The position numbers and the translations under genes were made by a program. From positions 72,795 to 136,794 of IMG/VR virus record IMGVR_UViG_3300045988_131721: DNA of 64,000 nucleotides; one strand, written 5' to 3'. Every line of letters begins with the position of its first letter. The first letter of the stretch is position 1. Shown here piece after piece: positions 1-8,424 of this stretch. The notes under the pieces were generated by a model. It did no database searches, was not told the DNA's origin, and worked only from the letters and a program-made list of their open reading frames with translations. The DNA comes from a virus.

Positions 1-1
1 A

Positions 2-670
2 GCAACATATATAGATTACAACGACAGAGAAGAAAATGTATTGGTTAAATATACTAAAAATAATAAAATAGAATATATGAATAAAAGAGACGTGAAATAT
101 TTATTAAATTTAGGAGACACGGCGTTTAAGTCTTTTTATAAAGAAATAAAAGAAAAAGAATTATTATTTGAAGCTAATGGTAAGATATATTTAAACCCAG
201 TATACGTGAATAAAGGTAAAAGTAATTTTAAAGATAAAGAATATGCAAGAATGTTTATAGATACGACAAGAGAGTTATATGAAAATTGTAAGCCAAGACA
301 ACACAAACATTTAAGTTATGTTTATCAATTATTACCATTTTTACATTATGAAACTAATATATTATGCAAGAATCCAGAAGAAATAGATATTAATAAATTA
401 GATAAATTACATTTCACTGATATATGTAGAATGTTAAATTTAAGTAATGATAAAAAAACAATGGATAAATTAAAAAGAGATTTGTTTAAATTTTATATAA
501 CTAGAGATGATGAGAAATATTATTTTTTATCATATGTCACTATAAGACAAGAAATTGGAACAAGAAGTTATTATGTTGTGAATCCTTATGTTGTATGGAA
601 AGGTAAAAATTTACAAGTAGCTAAAGATATAATAGGTTTTTTAACATTAGAACATATGAAAGGTAGATAA
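2..670 (+). CDS. putative replication-initiator / winged-helix DNA-binding protein, 5' end probably cut by window edge
   Basis: The frame is open from base 2, with no stop upstream of the listed TTG at 41. There is a loose RepL-like look (the C-terminal ...VVNPYVVWKGKN). It is followed directly by two 22-bp iteron-like direct repeats and an AT-rich spacer. Confidence 0.4.
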   Translation, partial: ATYIDYNDREENVLVKYTKNNKIEYMNKRDVKYLLNLGDTAFKSFYKEIKEKELLFEANGKIYLNPVYVNKGKSNFKDKEYARMFIDTTRELYENCKPRQHKHLSYVYQLLPFLHYETNILCKNPEEIDINKLDKLHFTDICRMLNLSNDKKTMDKLKRDLFKFYITRDDEKYYFLSYVTIRQEIGTRSYYVVNPYVVWKGKNLQVAKDIIGFLTLEHMKGR

Positions 671-672
671 AT

Positions 673-727
673 TCAAAGTTAGGTATTCTACGACTAAAAT
701 CCAAATCAAAGTTAGGTATTCTGCGAC
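673..727. repeat. two 22-bp direct repeats (TCAAAGTTAGGTATTCT[A/G]CGAC) 33 bp apart, iteron-like
   Basis: Copies at 673-694 and 706-727 match at 21 of 22 positions. They lie just downstream of the RepL-like ORF and before an AT-rich non-coding stretch. Confidence 0.7.
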
Positions 728-868
728 CATATTTATTTTCAAAATAATATATAATTAATATAATATTTGTTATAAAATAGCCTTTTAACTCTTCTATATT
801 CTATAGCACTAGATTAGATATAAGATATAGTTGAGATACAGTATAGAAAACTAAAATTAATTAATATT

Positions 869-884
869 TACCCCTAGAGGGGTA
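869..884. repeat. perfect 16-bp palindrome TACCCCTAGAGGGGTA
   Basis: Read directly. It is a GC-rich island inside the AT-rich 671-1000 non-coding region. It could be a protein-binding site or a small hairpin. Confidence 0.6.
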
Positions 885-1001
885 TAGTTTGAAAAAATAA
901 TTGCTCTTTGATTATTTTAGAAAACGAAAAAGGGTGGTGGAATTTTAATAAAATTTTCATTCATTAAATATTAATATACTAATATAAGGAAAGGAATTGA
1001 T

Positions 1002-1784
1002 GTGAAAATGGTAGCAAAAATTAATAGAAAAGGAGAAAAGAATTATAACACTTTCGGAAGTGAAATGATAATTACAGAATATAGAGAACGTATGGACATT
1101 GATATATATTTTCCAGAATATGATTGGACTTTTAAAGGAGCAACATATCAATCTTTCAAAAACGGTAGAATTGCATGTCCTTATGAAAGAAGATATTATG
1201 GAGTTGGTTGTATTGGAGATGGAGAATACAAAGTAAGTGAAAACGGTAAACTAACTAAGGTTTATAACACTTGGCATCATATGTTGAGAAGATGTTATGA
1301 TGAAAAATACCACAAAAAACATCCTACGTATATTACTTGTGAAGCATCTGAGGAATGGTATAATTTTCAAAACTTTGCAGAATGGTACGAGGAAAATTAT
1401 TATGAGGTAGATGGTGAAAGAATGGAATTAGATAAAGATATAATAATTAAGCATAACAAAATATATAGTCCAGAAACTTGTATTTTTGTACCTCAAACAA
1501 TAAATTTATTATTTGTTAAATGCGATAGGAGTAGAGGGGAATCAGTTATTGGAACAAGCCCATATCGAGATAAATATAGAGTAAATTGTTGTTTAATCAA
1601 TCCTCGAACTGGTAAATCAAAGAGTGAATATTTAGGGTTATACGACACTCAAGAGAAAGCGTTTGAAGTGTATAAATATTACAAAGAAAAGAATATAAAA
1701 GAAGTAGCTGACTACTTCAAAAGACAAATACCAAGGGAATTGTATTATAGTATGTGTACTTATGAAGTAGAAATAGATGATTAA
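1002..1784 (+). CDS. AP2-domain putative homing endonuclease (HNH-like), paralog 1
   Basis: Paralogous to 6826..7548 and 10411..11190. The C-terminal KYRV.C.LINP.TGKSK.E.LG.Y.T.E.AFEVYKYYKEKNIKEVA resembles an AP2/integrase-type DNA-binding domain. Free-standing position typical of homing endonuclease genes. The start could be GTG 1002 or ATG 1008. Confidence 0.55.
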   Translation: MKMVAKINRKGEKNYNTFGSEMIITEYRERMDIDIYFPEYDWTFKGATYQSFKNGRIACPYERRYYGVGCIGDGEYKVSENGKLTKVYNTWHHMLRRCYDEKYHKKHPTYITCEASEEWYNFQNFAEWYEENYYEVDGERMELDKDIIIKHNKIYSPETCIFVPQTINLLFVKCDRSRGESVIGTSPYRDKYRVNCCLINPRTGKSKSEYLGLYDTQEKAFEVYKYYKEKNIKEVADYFKRQIPRELYYSMCTYEVEIDD

Positions 1785-1798
1785 AAATAATTAATAAA
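1785..1798 (+). repeat. AT-box AAATAATTAATAAA (perfect)
   Basis: Starts right after the stop codon of 1002..1784 and is followed by early promoter/leader unit A. Confidence 0.8.
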
Positions 1799-1808
1799 AA
1801 TTTTAATT

Positions 1809-1860
1809 CATAGGTAAATTTTACTCATTAATTGTTAATATATTAAATATAAGGGGAGTG
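1809..1860 (+). promoter_or_regulatory. early promoter/leader unit A (CATAGGTAA..TGTTAATAT..TATAAGGGGAGTG)
   Basis: One of five similar units. It has the conserved ATAGGTAA box, an extended -10-like TGTTAATAT at 1833-1841, then a strong SD-like leader. Confidence 0.45.
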
Positions 1861-1867
1861 ATGTAAA

Positions 1868-2332
1868 TTGGATGTAATACAAAGGAATAAAACAGAAACG
1901 ATAGATACAATACATGATTTGTTAAATTGTTGGAAATTTAATATAGAAAGTGAATATTCTAATCTAATAGACTTAACTAATATAATTCTAATTGTATCAG
2001 ATAGAGATGTGGATATTATGTTAGATAAGTTATTGACTGTTATTAATACATTTGAAACATCATTATCGTATGATAAAATTAAATGTAAAGATTTTTATTT
2101 AGTTGTGTTGAAATTTTATTTTGATAATTTAGATATTAATATACATCTACAATTTAGAGTAATATCATATGAGAAATATTTAGAATTAACATATCACTTG
2201 AAATATAGTCTTCTATTATTTGATATGAATTATAATAAATTCAAAGAAATTGATTTAGATAAGGCAAAGAAAATAATTAACAAAGAACCAGAGAATATGT
2301 TTATAGATTATGGTATTATTAATTTATATTAA
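1868..2332 (+). CDS. hypothetical protein
   Basis: 154-aa ORF with a TTG start 9 nt after a GGGGAG SD. An ATG-TAA start-stop pair lies between the SD and the start. Confidence 0.6.
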   Translation: MDVIQRNKTETIDTIHDLLNCWKFNIESEYSNLIDLTNIILIVSDRDVDIMLDKLLTVINTFETSLSYDKIKCKDFYLVVLKFYFDNLDINIHLQFRVISYEKYLELTYHLKYSLLLFDMNYNKFKEIDLDKAKKIINKEPENMFIDYGIINLY

Positions 2333-2345
2333 AGGAGGAGATATT

Positions 2346-2726
2346 ATGGAGAAAACATTTCAAGAGGTAATGAATACAATTAAAGAAGGTGAAACATGGA
2401 TTAATAAATATGATGATAGAAGATTGGCAAAAATAGAAAAATCTTCAAATGTTATACATTTTAAATTTAATGGTGAGTTTGAAAAAATTGGTGTCATGTT
2501 AGATGACATATTTGTATTAGACAAGAAAAAATATACTTTTGAGGAGGCTATGAAAGCCTTAAAAGAAGGTAAAGAAATAGAAAGCTGTTATAGTGAAATA
2601 AAGTATGTAATGTCCCCTAAAGGGAATGAAAATGTACATTATTTTGATACAGAATATAATAAATGGAATGAGTGTAGTATGTTTAGTCTTAAAGAAATAT
2701 TCGGTGTTTGGTATATAAATAATTAA
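2346..2726 (+). CDS. DUF2829-like (Tad2-family-like) protein, tandem motif
   Basis: The ATG at 2346 is preceded by AAAGGAGG. There are two copies of TF(Q/E)E(V/A)M..(I/L)KEG(E/K) and a ...FGVWYI tail, reminiscent of the F.EAL.ALK.GK ... DW.I hallmarks of DUF2829. This is from memory only. Confidence 0.4.
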   Translation: MEKTFQEVMNTIKEGETWINKYDDRRLAKIEKSSNVIHFKFNGEFEKIGVMLDDIFVLDKKKYTFEEAMKALKEGKEIESCYSEIKYVMSPKGNENVHYFDTEYNKWNECSMFSLKEIFGVWYINN

Positions 2727-2729
2727 ATT

Positions 2730-2783
2730 CATAGGTAATTTTTATAAAAGTTTTGTTAATATAGTAATATGAAGGAGGTGATA
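2730..2783 (+). promoter_or_regulatory. early promoter/leader unit B
   Basis: CATAGGTAATTT, then 13 nt, then TGTTAATAT (2754-2762), then GAAGGAGGTGAT. Same architecture as units A, C, D and E. Confidence 0.45.
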
Positions 2784-2785
2784 AT

Positions 2786-2875
2786 GTGAATGATAGAGTA
2801 CATAAATGGTTTTACATAGGTTTTTGTTGTTCACTACTTAGTATTTTATTCTTTGTATTAGAAATAATTTTATAA
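2786..2875 (+). CDS. small hydrophobic peptide (29 aa, VNDRVHKWFYIGFCCSLLSILFFVLEIIL)
   Basis: GTG start 7 nt after GGAGG, one predicted transmembrane helix, and a stop that abuts the AT-box before nrdD. Below the 60-aa cutoff of the ORF track. Confidence 0.35.
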   Translation: MNDRVHKWFYIGFCCSLLSILFFVLEIIL

Positions 2876-2889
2876 AAATAATTAATAAA
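2876..2889 (+). repeat. AT-box AAATAATTAATAAA (perfect)
   Basis: Directly abuts the AAGGAG SD of nrdD. Confidence 0.8.
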
Positions 2890-2902
2890 AAGGAGCGATG
2901 TT

Positions 2903-5161
2903 ATGATAGTTAAAAAAAGAAATGGAAATATGGTGGCATTTGATAAAAACAAAATAATAGTAGCTATTCAAAAAGCAATGTTAGAAGTAAATATAAATAC
3001 AGATAGAGCTTATGATATAACTGAAAAGGTGTTAGATAAAATATCAGATAAAAATGAAATATCTATAGAAGAAATCCAAGATATTATTGAAGAAACTTTA
3101 ATAGAAAAAAATTATCCTACAGTAGCTAAAGCATATATACTTTATAGAGAAAAAAGAAAAAGAACTAGAGAGAACCAAGCTAGACTATATGAAGAATCTC
3201 AAAAACAAATATCAGAAATTATGGCAATGAAAAACATAGAAAATTCAAACGCAAATGTGGATGAGGCTTCATTTAGTGGCAAAAATTCCAAGGTAACTTC
3301 TTATTTTTTAAAAGAATATGCTTTGAATAATTTAATGAGACCAGAGGTTGCAAAGGCACATAGAGATGGTTTATTATACACTCACGATTTAGATAATTAT
3401 GCAAGTGGGATGCATAATTGTTTATTTATAGATTTTGAAGATTTATTTAATAATAAAGGTGGTTTTACAACTAGAAATGGTGATGTAAGAAAACCAAATG
3501 ATATTATGACATTTTTTCAATTAGTAGCAGTAACATTTCAATGTGCCTCTCAATGTCAATATGGTGGAATCGCTAGTAATAAAATAGATTATGATGCATC
3601 TCCTTATGTAGCTATAACCTTTAGAAAAAGTTTTAGAAATGCTTTAATGGATATAGATGGAATAAGTAAAGAACACGCAGAATTAATAATGAAAAATATA
3701 GAAGATACCAACGGAGACATTATAAAATTAGAAAATGAAAAGCTTAAATTATTTTATCCTAAACATTACAAAGTTGCAGAAAGACATACTATAGAAAAAA
3801 CCATGCAAGGAGCAGAGTCTTTATACCATAACCTTAATACTCTTGAGTCTAGAGCAGGAAGTCAAGTTCCTTTTACAAGTATAAATTTTGGGACAGACAC
3901 ATCACCAGAAGGAAGATTAGTATCTAAGGCGTTATTGACAGCTAGTATAAATGGTATTGGTAAATTTAATAAAACATCAATATTCCCAATAAGTATATTT
4001 AAATATGCAAAAGGAATAAATGACAAAGAAGGAACTCCAAACTACGATTTAAAATTATTAGCTTTAGAATCTTTATCAAAAAGAATATATCCTAATTTTT
4101 GCAATGTTACAATAGAGGGTGAAGGTGATATAAATGACCCAGATACCCAATCAGCAACTATGGGATGTAGGACGAGATTAGGGTATGATGTAAATGGTAT
4201 GGGTTGGCACAAATCTGGCAGAGGCAATATAACACCTGTAACATTGAATCTTGTTGATATGGGAATTAGACATGGTATCTGTTTAGGTAAAAGAGATGTT
4301 GCAGATATTGACGGATTTATGGATGAATTAGAAGAGAATCTAAAATTATCTGAAACAGCATTATTAGATAGATATGAATGGATTTGTTCTCAAAAATCTA
4401 AAAGTGGATTCTTTACTCATCACAACGGGTTAATGAAGAATCTCTTAGGAAGAACGCTGAAAGATGAAGAAGATGTAAAAGAATCGATGAAACATGGCAC
4501 ATTAGCTTTAGGATATATAGGAATTGCAGAATGTATGTATGCTATGTTTGGTGAAACTCATACATATAATAAAAATGTTTATAATTTTGCATTAAAAATA
4601 GTACAAAGAATCAATTCATTTGCAAAAGAGTGTGTAGAAAGAAATCATCTAAATTTTAGTTGTTATGCTACTCCAGCGGAGGGTAGTTGTTTTACATTAA
4701 GAAATAAATTAGTTGAAAAATATGGTATTATAAAAGGTGTTACAGATAGAGAATACATAACTAACTCACACCATATACCTGTGTATGAAAAAATATCTAT
4801 TAAAAACAAAATAGATTTAGAAGCACCTTTCAGTAAATTAGCGACTGGTGGATATATTTTATATGTTGAATTAGAATCATCTTTTATGAATAATATAACT
4901 GCTGTTGAAAAAATAATAGATTATGCAATGAGTAAAGATGTTTATTATTTTGCATTAAATTTTCCAATAGATACTTGTATGAATTGTGGATATTCTTCAG
5001 AAATAAAAGAAAACTGCCCAAAATGTGGCAGTAATAAAATTGAAAGACTTAGACGTGTCACAGGTTATTTAACTACTGATTATTCTAAATTTAACAATGG
5101 TAAAATAGCTGAAGTAGAAGATAGAGTTAAACATTCTGTTGGTGATATTAATGAATATTAG
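2903..5161 (+). CDS. nrdD: anaerobic ribonucleoside-triphosphate reductase (class III)
   Basis: N-terminal ATP-cone (VKKRNG.MV.FDK.KI), a C-terminal Zn ribbon CMNCG...CPKCG, and the glycyl-radical motif RRVTGYL. Followed by its activase. Confidence 0.95.
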   Translation: MIVKKRNGNMVAFDKNKIIVAIQKAMLEVNINTDRAYDITEKVLDKISDKNEISIEEIQDIIEETLIEKNYPTVAKAYILYREKRKRTRENQARLYEESQKQISEIMAMKNIENSNANVDEASFSGKNSKVTSYFLKEYALNNLMRPEVAKAHRDGLLYTHDLDNYASGMHNCLFIDFEDLFNNKGGFTTRNGDVRKPNDIMTFFQLVAVTFQCASQCQYGGIASNKIDYDASPYVAITFRKSFRNALMDIDGISKEHAELIMKNIEDTNGDIIKLENEKLKLFYPKHYKVAERHTIEKTMQGAESLYHNLNTLESRAGSQVPFTSINFGTDTSPEGRLVSKALLTASINGIGKFNKTSIFPISIFKYAKGINDKEGTPNYDLKLLALESLSKRIYPNFCNVTIEGEGDINDPDTQSATMGCRTRLGYDVNGMGWHKSGRGNITPVTLNLVDMGIRHGICLGKRDVADIDGFMDELEENLKLSETALLDRYEWICSQKSKSGFFTHHNGLMKNLLGRTLKDEEDVKESMKHGTLALGYIGIAECMYAMFGETHTYNKNVYNFALKIVQRINSFAKECVERNHLNFSCYATPAEGSCFTLRNKLVEKYGIIKGVTDREYITNSHHIPVYEKISIKNKIDLEAPFSKLATGGYILYVELESSFMNNITAVEKIIDYAMSKDVYYFALNFPIDTCMNCGYSSEIKENCPKCGSNKIERLRRVTGYLTTDYSKFNNGKIAEVEDRVKHSVGDINEY

Positions 5162-5639
5162 TGGAATAGTGTATGATTCAGTTGTTGATGGAGAAGGTTT
5201 AAGAAATACAATATTTGTATCGGGCTGTTTTCATTTTTGTAAAAACTGCCATAATCCACAAACATGGGACTTTAATTATGGTTATGAGTTTACAGAAGAT
5301 TTACAAGATGAATTTATAGAAAAATGCAAAGAAAATATTTTATTAAATGGAATAACTATAAGTGGGGGAGACCCTATTTATAGTTATCGAGAATTAATTC
5401 CTTTTTTAAAGAAGTATAAAAAGAAAAATCCCACACACGATATTTGGTTATATACTGGATTCAAATATGAGGGTATAAAAAACAATGAAATATTAAAATT
5501 AATAGATGTTTTAGTTGACGGAGAATATATAGAAGAATTAAAGGATTCAACATTGTCTTTTAGAGGTAGTAGTAATCAAAGAATTATAGACGTGCAAAAA
5601 AGTTTAAAAGAAAATAAAGTAATATTATTGAATATATAA
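5151..5639 (+). CDS. nrdG: anaerobic ribonucleotide reductase activating protein (radical SAM)
   Basis: CFHFCKNC (CxxxCxxC) cluster motif and adjacency to nrdD. The likely start is ATG 5151 (MNISG...) after GGTGAT, overlapping the end of nrdD. Confidence 0.9.
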   Translation: MNISGIVYDSVVDGEGLRNTIFVSGCFHFCKNCHNPQTWDFNYGYEFTEDLQDEFIEKCKENILLNGITISGGDPIYSYRELIPFLKKYKKKNPTHDIWLYTGFKYEGIKNNEILKLIDVLVDGEYIEELKDSTLSFRGSSNQRIIDVQKSLKENKVILLNI

Positions 5640-5644
5640 ATTAA

Positions 5645-5658
5645 AAATAATTAATAAA
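5645..5658 (+). repeat. AT-box AAATAATTAATAAA (perfect)
   Basis: Lies after the nrdG stop and runs straight into promoter/leader unit C. Confidence 0.8.
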
Positions 5659-5716
5659 CATAGGTAATTTTTATATCAGTTTTGTTAATACACTACTATA
5701 AGAAAAGGAGGTGATA
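5659..5716 (+). promoter_or_regulatory. early promoter/leader unit C
   Basis: CATAGGTAATTT..TGTTAATAC (5683-5691)..TATAAGAAAAGGAGGTGAT. The perfect SD is not followed by a real ORF (TTG-TAA); the next gene starts about 70 nt further on. Confidence 0.45.
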
Positions 5717-5784
5717 ATATTGTAAGATGAAATCATTCTAAATAAAACATTAATAAAAATAACAAATTTTAAGGAGATGATGTT

Positions 5785-6021
5785 ATGGTAATGATTTTTA
5801 TAGATTCAAAAATAGAACATCTGCAAGAAATCGTAGGGCAAAGAGTTAGTTTGGATTTTGATAGTATGACAGGTGAATTATATATTAATGCATTACAAAC
5901 AGGAAAATATATCAAATTATCATCTAATATAAATATAAATAATGAAGGTAGATATGTAATAATTTCAGATAATGATAATAATAGTTTATTTATAATGAAA
6001 GATTTAAATGAGGAGGAGTAA
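5785..6021 (+). CDS. hypothetical protein
   Basis: 78-aa ORF with an AAGGAG SD 8 nt upstream. Confidence 0.6.
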   Translation: MVMIFIDSKIEHLQEIVGQRVSLDFDSMTGELYINALQTGKYIKLSSNININNEGRYVIISDNDNNSLFIMKDLNEEE

Positions 6022-6028
6022 ATATAAT

Positions 6029-6751
6029 ATGAATATAAAAGTAGGAGATAAAGTTAGAATAAAAGAAGATTTGAGTGAATGTGAATTTGGATATTGTGGT
6101 TATATGGAAGAGTTTGCAGGTAAAGAGACAACTGTAATAAGTACTTTTGGTAAAGGTGTGATAAAGTTAGATATAGATGAACAAGTCTGGGATTGGTCAG
6201 AAAATGTATTAGAATTAATAGAGGAAGGAAAAACAATGAAAATGAAAAGAATAGATTATATATTAAATGCCAGAGATAACATACAAGCGATACTAGATGA
6301 AACAGTACTAGATTGCGATATATGTCCAGCTTCTTGTGAGAACTGTAATGGTAATTGCGAGTTTCATTATAAAAAATATCTAAATGAAGAAATAGAAGTA
6401 AATGAATCAGATTTAAAAGACGTTGGGGTTAAAGAAGAATTAGATACAAAAGAGAATATAGTTAACGACACTGTAAATCCATTTATGGAAGAATATGAAA
6501 AAATAGTAATGGATACAATGGAATTGTGTAAACGTAAAAATAAAGATTATGGTAATGCAACAGATGAATCATTTAAACAATTCGGTGATGTAAGTTATTT
6601 GGTAAGATGTTTTGATAAATGGAGTAGAATAAATACATTATTAAAAAATAGAAAAGCCGAGGTATCTGAATCCCTAGAGGACAGTTTATTAGACCTTAGT
6701 AACTACTTATTCCTTTGGGTTACAAGTAGAAGATTAAAAGAAAATAATTAA
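6029..6751 (+). CDS. two-domain protein: N-terminal GDKVRI..EDL small-barrel-like module plus C-terminal DUF1599-like helical domain
   Basis: The start is placed at MNIKVGDKVRIKEDL by analogy with the paralogous modules at 8425 and 9632. The C-terminal KNKDYGNA...FGD...VR..DK..R...L pattern resembles DUF1599, which is associated with nucleotide metabolism and modification. From memory only. Confidence 0.45.
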   Translation: MNIKVGDKVRIKEDLSECEFGYCGYMEEFAGKETTVISTFGKGVIKLDIDEQVWDWSENVLELIEEGKTMKMKRIDYILNARDNIQAILDETVLDCDICPASCENCNGNCEFHYKKYLNEEIEVNESDLKDVGVKEELDTKENIVNDTVNPFMEEYEKIVMDTMELCKRKNKDYGNATDESFKQFGDVSYLVRCFDKWSRINTLLKNRKAEVSESLEDSLLDLSNYLFLWVTSRRLKENN

Positions 6752-6825
6752 TCAATGCAAGGTGATGTTATGAGCAAAAAATTGATAGGATAGGAGAAAA
6801 AAGATTTAATAATTTTGGGAGCGAA

Positions 6826-7548
6826 ATGATTATAGTTAGATATAAAAAAGCAAAAAATATAGATGTTTATTTTCCTCAATACGATTGGATTGCCAAAAAT
6901 AAAACTTATCAGAATTTTAAAAACGGTCAAATAAGTTGTCCATATGAGAAAAGATATTTTATGATTGGCTATTTAGGTGAAGGAGATTATAAATCAAGAG
7001 AAAATGGTAAAGATACTAGGGTTTATGATACTTGGGTTAATATGATGCAGAGATGTTATGATTCTAAATATCACGAAAAATATCCTACTTATAAAGATTG
7101 TGGTGCATCTGATGAATTTCATAATTTTCAAAATTTTGGAATGTGGGATGGTGATAATTTCTATCAAGTTGAAGATGAAGTAATGTGTCTTGATAAAGAT
7201 ATTTTAATTAAACATAACAAAATCTATTCACCCGATACTTGCATTTATGTGCCTAAAACAATTAATAGTTTATTTACTAAGAGACAAAATGATAGAGGTG
7301 TCTCGGCTATTGGAACAACTCCTACTGAAAATGGGAAATACGAGGTACAATGTTGTTTAATTAATCCTGAGACTGGAAAATCAAAACAAGAACACCTAGG
7401 TACTTATGATACCGAGTTAGAAGCCTTTGAAGTTTACAAATATTATAAAGAAAAAAATATTAAAATGGTTGCAGACTATTATTTTGGAAAAATATCTGAA
7501 AGACTTTACAATGGTATGTATAATTATATAGTAGAAATAGACGATTAA
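6826..7548 (+). CDS. AP2-domain putative homing endonuclease, paralog 2 (5' end disrupted by a frameshift in an A6 run)
   Basis: The conserved N-terminus KIDRIGEKRFNNFGSEM is encoded upstream (6778-6828) in frame but without a start codon. ATG 6770 (MSKKLIG*) is in a different frame, and A6 lies at 6776-6781. Confidence 0.55.
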   Translation: MIIVRYKKAKNIDVYFPQYDWIAKNKTYQNFKNGQISCPYEKRYFMIGYLGEGDYKSRENGKDTRVYDTWVNMMQRCYDSKYHEKYPTYKDCGASDEFHNFQNFGMWDGDNFYQVEDEVMCLDKDILIKHNKIYSPDTCIYVPKTINSLFTKRQNDRGVSAIGTTPTENGKYEVQCCLINPETGKSKQEHLGTYDTELEAFEVYKYYKEKNIKMVADYYFGKISERLYNGMYNYIVEIDD

Positions 7549-7581
7549 TAATTATAATGAATAAGGGAGGAGGAAATATGT

Positions 7582-7884
7582 ATGTTAAAAGAAAATAAAA
7601 ATAAACAAGTAAAAATATATGAACTTGCAGAAGATTTTTCTGTAATATTAATGAGAGAAGACGTGGATAGAGCTTATAATTGGACGCTTTATTATGACGA
7701 AGAAAAGCCCGATGAAAACAATATCATAGAAGGTATTCAATATGTTGAATGTTGTTGTGACACGAATAAAGAATTAACATTTAATACAGCGTTAGAATAT
7801 TTAATGGATGTAACTAGATTTATAGACGTACATTTTGATAGGATAGTTGAAGGCGAGGAATACGACGACCCTTGGGAAGATTAA
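7582..7884 (+). CDS. acidic hypothetical protein
   Basis: 100-aa ORF with a GGGAGGAGG SD. Rich in D and E. Confidence 0.6.
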   Translation: MLKENKNKQVKIYELAEDFSVILMREDVDRAYNWTLYYDEEKPDENNIIEGIQYVECCCDTNKELTFNTALEYLMDVTRFIDVHFDRIVEGEEYDDPWED

Positions 7885-7911
7885 ATCCTATTCATTTAAT
7901 TAAAAAAGGAG

Positions 7912-8409
7912 GTGATTATTATACCAAATAAAAGTAATAAAATAGGTGCTAAATTTGAAAATAGATTAACAAAACAATTTGAAAAATATAGAAAAGAAGG
8001 AAAGGCTTATATATTTAAGATTCCAACTGAATTTATAGTATTAAGAAAAGGAGCTAAAATCGTATCGGCTTTTCCTAAAAAACAATCACCTTGTCTGGAT
8101 TACATAGGTATATTACCTAATGGAAAAAGCATAGTATTTGAGGCTAAAACAACAGCTAACAAAACTTCTTTTCCTCTTTCAAATATAAAAGACTATCAAT
8201 ATGATTTAATTGATGAGATTCAAAACTATGCAAATAATGTATTCTTTATAATAGAATTTAGAGAATTTAAAGAAGTGTATTTAGTGAGTGGGCTAGCAAT
8301 CAAAAAGTTTAAAGAAAATAACAAGCGTAAGAGTATACCATATAAAGAGTTTAAAAATATAGGTATATTAATGAACGATTTAGATGTATTAAAATATATA
8401 AATTATTAA
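7912..8409 (+). CDS. recU: RecU-like Holliday junction resolvase
   Basis: G.KFE..L......Y...GKA.I.K.PT ... LDYIG.L..GK...FEAKTT.NKTSFPL.NI...Q matches the RecU/PBP-related factor A pattern. The start is ambiguous: GTG 7912 sits directly against the SD, so a nearby non-canonical start is possible. Confidence 0.65.
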   Translation: MIIIPNKSNKIGAKFENRLTKQFEKYRKEGKAYIFKIPTEFIVLRKGAKIVSAFPKKQSPCLDYIGILPNGKSIVFEAKTTANKTSFPLSNIKDYQYDLIDEIQNYANNVFFIIEFREFKEVYLVSGLAIKKFKENNKRKSIPYKEFKNIGILMNDLDVLKYINY

Positions 8410-8424
8410 TAAAGGAGAGATGTA

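Noticed and set aside
957-1151. Short ORFs antisense to or shadowing confident genes. Examples: 957..1151, 4042..4227, 6054..6236, 6748..6930, 10225..10500, 11069..11269, 11966..12253, 12745..13110, 14777..15085, 17573..17773, 18585..18770, 20587..20898, 23527..23718, 24438..24638, 24908..25141, 29045..29227, 31991..32176, 32343..32537, 33766..33972, 35987..36190, 36036..36416, 36353..36640, 37814..38041, 38682..38930, 39147..39341, 41116..41316, 41669..41887, 46200..46423, 49168..49380, 51366..51590, 51653..51937, 54055..54324, 59611..59817, 60576..60836, 63506..63712
   Set aside because: Each overlaps a longer ORF with recognisable domains or good SD context. They lack SDs and have low-complexity shadow-frame composition, which is expected in AT-rich DNA with few stop codons in some frames.
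2903-5161. Possible intron or intein in nrdD, given nearby homing endonuclease-like genes
   Set aside because: nrdD is one continuous 752-aa ORF with the ATP-cone, Zn ribbon and RVTGYL motifs in the normal order. No inserted block with intein splice motifs was seen. The endonuclease genes are free-standing.
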